From Acidobacteriota bacterium (GTDB taxonomy: Bacteria > Acidobacteriota > UBA6911 > JACQSX01): DNA of 64,000 bases. Below, one piece after another: positions 28,817-36,945 of this stretch. The notes beneath the pieces were generated by a model. That model saw nothing but the letters and a program-made list of their open reading frames with translations, was not told the origin of the DNA and ran no database searches. The first letter of the stretch is position 1. Every line of letters begins with the position of its first letter. A program made the translations under genes and the position numbers. Location of the stretch: the NCBI GenBank assembly GCA_036507075.1, contig DASXQR010000163.1, positions 1,818 through 65,817 on the forward strand. The letters run 5' to 3'.

Positions 28817-30499
28817 TTAATCGGATTTCTGAAACGGATCCTGAGGCTCACCGCCGGTGATAATGCGCGGCTCCGAGAGGTCCAGGTTTTTCAGATCAAG
28901 CAGGATCGTGTTGATGCGCTCGGCACAGTATTTGATCTCTTTGAGACATTCACGAGCCGCGGGAGTGAGCTCTTCCCATTCCATCAAGGTCACATTTCCC
29001 AGTATTCCGGTAAGCGGGTTGAAAACTTCATGCATCAGAACAAGCAGCATTCTCCTTGCCGTTTCCTGGCGTTCCCGCTCCACCATGGCGCGCTTTTCCA
29101 GGGTGATATCACGCTCCACAGCCGAGACGCTGGTGATCTTGCCGGACGGATCTTTCATCGGTGAAATACTGACGAAAACACTCAGTTGAGTGCCATCCTT
29201 TCTTACTCGCAGCGCGTCGTGGTTCTTGACGTGTTCGCCCTTCTTCACCCTGCTCAGAATCTCGGAAAAATCGCGTTGCCACTCGAGGGGAACCAGCGCG
29301 AAGGCGGATTTCCCTTCGATTTCCGGCGCGGAATAACCATAGGTTCTCTCAGCGCCGGGATTCCAGTCGAGAATTGACCCGTCCAGGGTGTAGCTGAAGA
29401 TGGCTTCGTTTGAGGACTCTACAATTTCGGCCAGCCGGGCCAGTATCGCCTCGGCTTGCTTGCGTTTGCTGATGTCGCGCAGTGATCCTTCAACCCCTTT
29501 GATCGCACCGTCATCCCCCAGCAGCAGATGCGCGTTGGCGGAAACTGGAAGCGCCTGGCCGTCCTTTCTCTTCAGCAACACTTCAAAGTCGGCGACCTCA
29601 CCCTTCGTTTTGAGTTCCTGAAGCAACTGCCGCCTTTTCTCCGGATCGAAGTAGAGGCTTTCCACGTTCACGCCGATCAACTCGTCGCGAGTATAATCGG
29701 AATATCTTTGGATGGACGAGCTGATTTCCAGAATGTGGCCTTCCAAATCCGTCTGGTAGTAGACGTCCTGCACATTCTCAAAGATGTTCCGGTATTTACG
29801 CTCGCTTTCCTTCAAGGCATGTTCTGCCTTTTCGCGCTCAGCCAGTTGCTCGTTAAGAACAAGAATTGTGATTCCAACCGAGAGGCCGAAGACATGAAAA
29901 AACCAGAATAGAAAAGTCTCGGGTGGAAAAAAGGAAATGTAGTACTGCGTCGGCACCGCCAGAGAGCCGACCGCATGCGGCAGAAAAAAGACGGTCGTAA
30001 TAAGCGCTCCGGGCAGCCGGGTGCGCTTCCAATAGCGAAAAAACCAAATCATCGCCAGCAACCGGATGGCGCCTCCCGGAATGTAACTGATCAGAAGATT
30101 GATCAGCGTCGCATCAAAGGTAACCGAGTCTGCGCCTGCGCCCACTGCCGATGCCACATAAGGCCGCAACAGATAATTTGCCGCAATCAACGGTATCGTC
30201 GCGCCAAGGTAAATTGCCGGAAATTTCTTCGACAGGCGAACGCCCAGAAATAGAGCAACTCCTGAAAAGAACAGCCATGTCGCTACCGGATACAGCACGT
30301 CGACGGCGGTGAACCAGTAGATCGAGAAACTCCAGCCCTGAGCCCGCGCCAGCAAAACGCCGGCTCGAAATGCTTCAATCACCCAGGCGCCGGCGAAACG
30401 CGGCAGGAATTCCGACTGCCGATACCAGTGCAGAATAATGAAAATTGCGGCAAAGCCGAGATGAGTCAGGATGATGACGTTAAGGTACGCTTGTTCCAC
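28817..30499 (-). CDS. 7TM-PAS-PAS-HisKA protein lacking the ATPase domain
   Basis: About 7 TM helices, two PAS domains (YYQTDLEG..., FSYTLDG...), H-box MHEVFNPL, then a stop about 65 aa later. Confidence 0.85.
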   Translation of the reverse strand: MEQAYLNVIILTHLGFAAIFIILHWYRQSEFLPRFAGAWVIEAFRAGVLLARAQGWSFSIYWFTAVDVLYPVATWLFFSGVALFLGVRLSKKFPAIYLGATIPLIAANYLLRPYVASAVGAGADSVTFDATLINLLISYIPGGAIRLLAMIWFFRYWKRTRLPGALITTVFFLPHAVGSLAVPTQYYISFFPPETFLFWFFHVFGLSVGITILVLNEQLAEREKAEHALKESERKYRNIFENVQDVYYQTDLEGHILEISSSIQRYSDYTRDELIGVNVESLYFDPEKRRQLLQELKTKGEVADFEVLLKRKDGQALPVSANAHLLLGDDGAIKGVEGSLRDISKRKQAEAILARLAEIVESSNEAIFSYTLDGSILDWNPGAERTYGYSAPEIEGKSAFALVPLEWQRDFSEILSRVKKGEHVKNHDALRVRKDGTQLSVFVSISPMKDPSGKITSVSAVERDITLEKRAMVERERQETARRMLLVLMHEVFNPLTGILGNVTLMEWEELTPAARECLKEIKYCAERINTILLDLKNLDLSEPRIITGGEPQDPFQKSD

Positions 30500-30936
30500 G
30501 TTTCGCCGCGCCGCGAATTGGAATTAAACACGCTCGTAACGTCGAGCGTGTAACAGAGTCCCCAATCGTACAACTTGTGCCTTAGGCTTGCAGAAATAAA
30601 AAGCAATCTGTTATCCATCCAAAAAATTGGACTCGCTCGAACGCCCGAGACTGGTTTGGCTGGATTCGAGGAGTTGCGGATCAAGTGAAACAAACTCACT
30701 CTTGGGGCGTAAAAAAATTTGGGGACGCGCTCATGCGATCGCGTGCGTCATCGACGGAATCGTGTTCTCTTCCAGATCCTTTCGATTTTTTTGAACTTTT
30801 TCACTTCCACACGGATCTAAGAAAAGCCGCGTTGTCGGCTCTGGTTTTTTTGGAGGTTCGGCAAGATCCCCATACGCAACCGTCGGCAGGCATTCCTAGC
30901 AGATGTCCAGCGTTGGGTCACGGTTTGCAGGCAGAG

Positions 30937-32331
30937 ATGAGCGCCACACAACTTTACATTTTGCCGTCATCATTTCGCGACCCCGCCGGCTACGTGTTCA
31001 TCGAAGACAAGACGGTGAAGCGTGCTGTTACTTTCAAAGGTAAGGCCAATTACGACTTGTTGATGTCGTCGGGTCTGTACGATCGATTGGTCGATAACGA
31101 CTGGATGGTGCGGCATCAGGAGGAGAGCCGCGACTTTGATCCGGTTTCCGGAATTTACAAAACCATTCTGCCGGAGCAGTTGGATTACATCTCTTATCCG
31201 TACGAATGGTCATTCTCGCAGTTGCAGGATGCCGCCCTTCTTACTCTTCAGATCCAGATGCTCGCCATGAAGCACGGAATGTCGCTCAAGGACGCCAGCT
31301 CGTTCAACGTCCAGTTTCGAGGCCCGCACCCCGTTTTCATCGACACTTTATCCTTCCAAGAAAACAAGCGCGGCCCTTGGATTGCTTACGATCAGTTCTG
31401 CCGGCATTTTCTGGCGCCGCTGCTGCTCATGTCGAATCTGTCGCCCAATTTCAATCAATTCCTGAAGGCAAGCCTGGACGGTTTCCCGCTGGATCTGACA
31501 TCCACTTTGCTGCCGCTTCGGACATATCTGCAATTCGGTCCGCTGATTCACCTCCACCTTCACGCCAGAACTCAAAAGAAATACGCAAGCGCGCCGAAGC
31601 GCCCCAATGGATGGGCCATCGCATCGCCGGCGCGCGACCCCAAGCCTGCGATCATTGAGTCCCTTGTTTCGACCATCGAGAGCCAGAAACTGCGTCGAAA
31701 ACAGGGCAACTGGATAAATTACTACCGTGATGCGCATCATTACTCTCCGATCGACGAAGAGTTCAAGAAATCCGTGGTTTCTTCAACGCTGAAGCAGACA
31801 AGACCGGCCTGCGTTTACGATCTGGGTGGAAATACCGGAAATTACAGCCGCCTGGCCACCGCACAGGGAATACGCTGCGTCTGTTACGATTTTGATCCGC
31901 TGTGCGTAAACGAAAACTACCTGCAATCAAAGGCGCGCAACGATCTCAGAATGCTGCCGCTATTGATGGATTTGAACAACCCAAGCCCCGGCTTGGGTTT
32001 TGACTCCTGCGAGCGCCTGAGCTTTATTGAGAGGCCGAAGCCGGATTTAGTGTTTGCTCTGGCGATACTCCATCACTTGCGGATCACGGGCAACGTTCCG
32101 CTGCGCCGGATTTCGCAGTTCTTCGCAAAGCTGACACGCTGGTTGTTGATTGAGTTCATACCCAAACAGGACGAGATGGCGATGAGGCTTCTTCAAGGGC
32201 GTGAGGATGTCTTTGATGACTACTCGCTTCCGGATTTCTATCGCATTTTCGGGCGGTACTTCAGGTTACAACAAGTTTGGGAAACCCCGGATAACAGGCG
32301 GTTGCTGTGTCTCTTTGAGAATCGTACATGA
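30937..32331 (+). CDS. Kinase-like + class I SAM-methyltransferase fusion (SFRDP family)
   Basis: SSFRDPAG start, KDASSFNVQF (DxxxxN) and VFIDTLSF in the N-half, VYDLGGNTG SAM motif and FALAILHH in the C-half. The ORF track extends to 30685 but ATG 30937 fits better. Confidence 0.8.
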   Translation: MSATQLYILPSSFRDPAGYVFIEDKTVKRAVTFKGKANYDLLMSSGLYDRLVDNDWMVRHQEESRDFDPVSGIYKTILPEQLDYISYPYEWSFSQLQDAALLTLQIQMLAMKHGMSLKDASSFNVQFRGPHPVFIDTLSFQENKRGPWIAYDQFCRHFLAPLLLMSNLSPNFNQFLKASLDGFPLDLTSTLLPLRTYLQFGPLIHLHLHARTQKKYASAPKRPNGWAIASPARDPKPAIIESLVSTIESQKLRRKQGNWINYYRDAHHYSPIDEEFKKSVVSSTLKQTRPACVYDLGGNTGNYSRLATAQGIRCVCYDFDPLCVNENYLQSKARNDLRMLPLLMDLNNPSPGLGFDSCERLSFIERPKPDLVFALAILHHLRITGNVPLRRISQFFAKLTRWLLIEFIPKQDEMAMRLLQGREDVFDDYSLPDFYRIFGRYFRLQQVWETPDNRRLLCLFENRT

Positions 32332-33962
32332 CGCGCTTTCCCGACATTTCGAGCTGGAAAGGCCGGTTCGCGGCGCTGGCTTGCATCATGGTGCTTCCAT
32401 TCCTCCGGTTTCTTCTTCAACGCCGGTACAGCCTGTTTCACCTCGACGTGGCGGTGGCGGTGGTGTTTTTGGCGGCGACGTGTCTGGTTCTCTCCGTCGT
32501 TGCCCGGAAGGATCCGGTTTTCTGGATCGTCGCGCTGCTGGGAATCCTGCTGGTGTCGGGAACTCCTGTGCAGCGCGTCACAGATCGACTACTGGGGCTT
32601 TCTATTGGCTGGGTTTTGGGGATTCTGGCGGTTCTCACAGTGACGTTAATGCGGCTTCTTCGAAAAGATTTTTTTCACATCGTGCTGGTATTCGCCCTTT
32701 CCTCGTTTGCGGTTGACGTGGCCCGGTTCTTTTTGCCGCAGTCCGTCCCTCAGGCGTCCGGTTATTCGCCGGTGATAAACGGGGCGCATCTGCCACACAT
32801 GCTCTATATCATCCTGGATGAGCACATCGGCACCGGAGGAATTCCGGATGATCTCCCGCAGGGCCGCGCTGCCGCCCGCAGGATCGAAGAAACATTCGCC
32901 CAATACAACTTCCAGCTTTATCCGCGCGCGTTCAGCAACTACAGCATGACGCTGGAATCGATCCCGAGCATTTTAAACCGCCGGTTGCTGGAGAACAAGA
33001 CTGCCCAACTGAATGAACCGGAAACCGGCGCGCGCTGGGGAATCTACTCTTTTCGAGAAAACCGGTTGTTCTCGGAATGTGCCGCCCGCGGTTACGCGAT
33101 TCACGTTTACCAGTATCACTCGATCGATTACTGCACGTCCGGGCTTGATGTCCAGACGAAGACTGAATACAGCGATGATCTGGAGACGCTTAATCACAAC
33201 CGGGGGCCCTGGTTCGCCCACTTCCAATGGATTGTAGGCAACTATCAGCGTTCGGACTTCTTGCTTTCTCGTTTTAACGGCCTCTTCCCTTTCCGCTTTC
33301 GTGCGCGCCTGGTCGAGCCGCTCGGAGTGGCGCATATCTGGCCGGCGTTGCTGGCCGACAACATTGTCGCTGCCGACAAAAAGACGTTGTTTTTTGCCCA
33401 TCTGATGGTGCCCCACCGTCCCTATCTTTATCGTCCCGACGGTGGAATTCGAAATATCACCGAATGGTTGGATGACGATCTTGAACCGAGCTTCGATCGT
33501 CAAACCTACCTGAACAAGTACCGTCGTTATTTCGATCAGCTGGAACATGTCAGAACAGACCTGGAATGGCTTTTGCAGTTCCTGAAACAGGCTGGGGTTC
33601 TGGATTCCATGCTGATCGTGATCCATGGAGACCATGGATCGCGAATCCGTTATGTTCAAAAGGATCTATTTTCCGGGCAAGGGCGGTTGAAGCGGTCCAT
33701 GTTGGATCGCTATGACTACGTCTCTCGCCCGGAATTGCGAGATCTGCTGAATCGGTTCTCGACGCTGCTGGCGATCCGTTTTCCGAAAGCGCAGGCTCCC
33801 GTCATGGTTTCAGAGAAAGGCAGCGTGCTGCGTTTTCTCAACCAGGCCCTTTATCAAAATGAGAATCGCGCTCTGCCGCCGGAAGCCGATTCGGTATATC
33901 TGTTCGATGAGAATGATCGACCTCGCGAGATCCGCCTGATTGACGAATGGACAGAGGAGTAG
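32328..33962 (+). CDS. Membrane-anchored alkaline-phosphatase-superfamily (sulfatase/LtaS/EptA-like) enzyme
   Basis: About 5 N-terminal TMs, YIILDEH, SNYSMTLES, HLMVPHRPY and HGDHGS. ATGA overlap with the upstream gene. Confidence 0.82.
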   Translation: MTRFPDISSWKGRFAALACIMVLPFLRFLLQRRYSLFHLDVAVAVVFLAATCLVLSVVARKDPVFWIVALLGILLVSGTPVQRVTDRLLGLSIGWVLGILAVLTVTLMRLLRKDFFHIVLVFALSSFAVDVARFFLPQSVPQASGYSPVINGAHLPHMLYIILDEHIGTGGIPDDLPQGRAAARRIEETFAQYNFQLYPRAFSNYSMTLESIPSILNRRLLENKTAQLNEPETGARWGIYSFRENRLFSECAARGYAIHVYQYHSIDYCTSGLDVQTKTEYSDDLETLNHNRGPWFAHFQWIVGNYQRSDFLLSRFNGLFPFRFRARLVEPLGVAHIWPALLADNIVAADKKTLFFAHLMVPHRPYLYRPDGGIRNITEWLDDDLEPSFDRQTYLNKYRRYFDQLEHVRTDLEWLLQFLKQAGVLDSMLIVIHGDHGSRIRYVQKDLFSGQGRLKRSMLDRYDYVSRPELRDLLNRFSTLLAIRFPKAQAPVMVSEKGSVLRFLNQALYQNENRALPPEADSVYLFDENDRPREIRLIDEWTEE

Positions 33963-34063
33963 ATCAAAGTGAGGAACGGGCAGAGCGAAGATCAAGGCGG
34001 GAACTAACGTCGTAATGATCAAAGTGGGGAATGGACGGAGCAGTGGATCAAAGAGGTGGACCC

Positions 34064-34372
34064 ATGAAGCTTGCCGGTTTCGGTTTACTTTTCTTCATCA
34101 TGTACTTCTTTGTTTTCCCCACTACCGCCTATGCTTACCTGGACCCGGCGGCGGGAAGCATCGCTTTACAGGTAATAGTGGGCGGCCTTTTGGCTGTTCT
34201 GGCAACGATCCGACTCTACTGGAAACGAATGAAGTCGATCATCACCAGACAAACTCAAACTCAAAATGGTGGCAAAATGGGGACAGTCCCCAATAATGGT
34301 CAAAATGGGGACAGTCCCCAATTAGACAGTCCCCAATTAGACTCCCGAAATCGGGGACAGACCCCCAATTAG
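34064..34372 (+). CDS. Small YLDP-motif membrane peptide with REP-derived C-terminal tail
   Basis: Signal peptide ending AYA, then YLDPAAGS, one TM and basic YWKRMK. The tail (MGTVPN, GDSPQLDSPQ) is translated REP DNA. Confidence 0.7.
   Translation: MKLAGFGLLFFIMYFFVFPTTAYAYLDPAAGSIALQVIVGGLLAVLATIRLYWKRMKSIITRQTQTQNGGKMGTVPNNGQNGDSPQLDSPQLDSRNRGQTPN
34279..34372. repeat. Left REP array (GGGGACAGTCCCC)
   Basis: Copies at 34279-34291, 34307-34319, 34325-34334 (partial) and 34353-34366 (variant). Confidence 0.88.
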
Positions 34373-34608
34373 CGCCCCGATTAGATTTGCATATTAGTAA
34401 TTTGGGCTCTCTCCCTTAAATCCGAGGCCTAAATTCGAGGCCTACCCTCGTTCTTTGGGGCCTGCGCCTCATTCCTTTCCAATTTCACCTTCCTTCGAAA
34501 CATTATTTCGCAGATTTGGAAGCAAGGGAGTTATGTCCGTGGTGAGGGAGTCGGAGGTGCACTCACAGCAGTACGTGGGAGCGGCTGCAGACTTTGAGGG
34601 TCAAAACT

Positions 34609-35292
34609 ATGCCACGGAAAGCAAGAATTGTCGTACCAGGATACCCACATCACGTCACTCATCGAGGCAACCGCCGCAGCGACATCTTTCTCGACGACGA
34701 TGATCGACGGTTTTATCTTTATCTGTTGCAGAAATACACGGAACGTTACAAGGTTGACCTGTGGTCTTACTCGCTCATGACCAACCATACTCACCTTATA
34801 ACATTACCTTACAGCAAAGAATCGCTCTCGGAAGCCATGAAAAGAGCAGACGGCCGCTACGCCATGTACTTCAACGCCAAGTACGGATTTGTTGGACACC
34901 TCTGGCAAGGGCGCTTCTTCTCTTGCGCTCTCGACGACCCACATCTGCGATCGGCAGTCCGTTACGTAGAACGTAATCCAGTCAGAGCCGGGATGGTGGC
35001 TCGGGCCGAGGATTATCCTTGGTCAAGCGCCGCGGCAAACTGCGGTGTAAGGCACGATCCAGTCTTGTCCGACGGCCTGCCATTAAAGCAGATCATTCCG
35101 GATTGGGCAAAGTGGCTGGAACAGCCGACAACAGAAGAGGAGTTCGAGAGAATCCGTCGAATGACCCGGGCCGGCCGGCCGTGTGGATCGGAGCAGTTTA
35201 TCGAAGAACTGGAGAAGTTATTCGGCCTTGACTTGAGACAAAAACCAAGAGGGAAGAAAAAAAAAGAGTTCGTCAGGACAGAAGGGGTCTAA
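34609..35292 (+). mobile_element. rayT: REP-associated tyrosine transposase (RAYT, Y1/HUH)
   Basis: MPRKARIVVPGYPHHVTHRGNRR, HUH motif MTNHTH, GHLWQGRF, YVERNPVRAG and YPWSS. Flanked by REP arrays. Confidence 0.92.
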
Positions 35293-35422
35293 AAGGGGGG
35301 TCTAAAAGGGGGACAGTCCCCCGTTTCATGGGTCTAAAAGGGGGACAGTCCCCCGTTTCATATCAAAAAGGGGACTGTCCCCTTTGTACATTTTGACATA
35401 AAAAAGGGGACTGTCCCCCTTT
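35284..35422. repeat. Right REP array (GGGGACAGTCCCC / GGGGACTGTCCCC)
   Basis: Perfect 32-bp tandem duplication (35298-35329 and 35330-35361), then two inverted copies at about 35366-35386 and 35401-35422. Confidence 0.9.
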
Positions 35423-35533
35423 TGCCCCAACACCCCCGGCGCGGCGGAGAAGTCAGGGCGCGATCAGACGATTTCGGACACCAGAGGGAAGCTGCCTTCT
35501 CCACGAAAGGTTGTAACGATGGACGCGAGCTGG

Positions 35534-35935
35534 TTACCTCCCTCCACAGAGCGGGCCGGGAGAGAGGTCTATCACCACTTCGGCATTCGGCATGGCGGTC
35601 ACCTCAAACATCTGTGTGCCTTGGGTAAGCTTGAGAATGGTGTACCCGTTTACCGAAGTGTGTGCCATGAAGATAAGTCGGTCGACGTTGCGGGGCAAAG
35701 TGCGCGACTCAGGAACAACTGTTGAGCTTGAATCGAATACGCGAATCTCCTCCACATCTAGTCTGCCCTTGCTTGTCACCTGTAGTATCGTGAGTGCAAC
35801 CTTGGATGACGTAAAAACCTCTAGCGTGTATGGGTGGTTACTTTCGAAGCACCCAAGGTACTGAGCCTGTGCCGAAGCACATGTCAAAATCAGCGCCGCG
35901 AATGCGCCCGCGAACAGAGAAATAAGTCTCTTCAT
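35534..35935 (-). CDS. Small secreted hypothetical protein
   Basis: Clear signal peptide (MKRLISLFAGAFAALILTCASAQA) and AGGAGG RBS upstream. Confidence 0.7.
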   Translation of the reverse strand: MKRLISLFAGAFAALILTCASAQAQYLGCFESNHPYTLEVFTSSKVALTILQVTSKGRLDVEEIRVFDSSSTVVPESRTLPRNVDRLIFMAHTSVNGYTILKLTQGTQMFEVTAMPNAEVVIDLSPGPLCGGR

Positions 35936-36062
35936 CGTTGTGTCCTCCTCTTGGGATTAGCGTTGACGTGCGTGACCTGTCTTTGCCCGCCGAAGATCAG
36001 CACGCCTTTTACTCAGATAAGACATGGCGGGAAAAACATTTCAGCTCAGTTAAAACTTGAAT

Positions 36063-36782
36063 CTATGGCGCACACTTCGAAACCGCAAATGAGACGGGGT
36101 CTGATAGAAGACCGCCGATCTCGACACGGAGTGTGTAGTGTCCTTCGTTCCCGTCGGTAAAAATCCCCCGTACACTCAGGTTGCCAGTGCTATCGGTTCT
36201 GCCCCACTCTAGAGTCTTCCAAGGTTTGCCACTGCTTGTTCCCACGAGGTGAACAGAGGTGTTCGGAAGTCCGCGGGTCACTGCCAAAGTCCAGGGACTT
36301 CCGGGACAAAATCTCGTCGCCTCCAGCGTAAGGACCGGCACAAGCGAACCACAGCGGCGCTCGTTGTTTGGGGTATTTACTGTCGTTGGATTTCCTTGAG
36401 GCACGATGAAGGTGTTGTACACCTCGACATCCTCTGTGCCCAGGTTTTTGGCTCTATGGACATGGAGTTCCGTCTCTTCGAAAGCCTCCCCCGCCTTGAA
36501 CACTTCCTCCTGACCACATCCATCCTCGACGGTCAGCGTGCCTCGCTTTATGACGTTGTAGGCGCGTCCAGGATGATAGTGCCAGGCGAGCACCTCTCCG
36601 GGCGATATAACGAGTTGTCGGACGGTCAATGTGGCAGGGCCGTCAAAGAGTTCCGAATGGGGTATGGTGCCAACAGCAATCACGGCAGTAGTTGCCGCGT
36701 ACGTCGACATGATACCGGCAAGAAATAGGACACTGAGGCCGGCTCCCAGCTTCACAATGCTGTTCAGAGGGTTTGTCTTCAT
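36063..36782 (-). CDS. Secreted cupin-domain protein with an extra C-terminal beta domain
   Basis: Signal peptide, cupin motifs WHYHPG and ETELHVHRAKN, and GGAA RBS before ATG 36782. Confidence 0.8.
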   Translation of the reverse strand: MKTNPLNSIVKLGAGLSVLFLAGIMSTYAATTAVIAVGTIPHSELFDGPATLTVRQLVISPGEVLAWHYHPGRAYNVIKRGTLTVEDGCGQEEVFKAGEAFEETELHVHRAKNLGTEDVEVYNTFIVPQGNPTTVNTPNNERRCGSLVPVLTLEATRFCPGSPWTLAVTRGLPNTSVHLVGTSSGKPWKTLEWGRTDSTGNLSVRGIFTDGNEGHYTLRVEIGGLLSDPVSFAVSKCAP

Positions 36783-36945
36783 GGTTGATTTCCTTTCTGT
36801 TCCCTGCTTGCTACGCGTTGCACGTGGGCAGTAAAATGGGCTGATAATGGCCGCCACCTCTACCCCGGGAGATTGTGGCTGGAGCCGCGGTTAAGAGTCT
36901 TTACGAGAGGCCTTCTTTTTTCTTCGCAATTCTTCCGGTTCTGCT

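Noticed and set aside
30685-30936. N-terminal extensions in the ORF track (30685, 51679, 45844, 36857, 4792, 3737, 1336)
   Set aside because: They run through promoter or repeat DNA. Downstream ATGs fit family N-termini or RBS positions better.
35284-35422. Repeat array beside a nuclease-like gene as a possible CRISPR
   Set aside because: There are no unique spacers of constant length and no cas genes. The adjacent protein is a RAYT and the units are REP palindromes.
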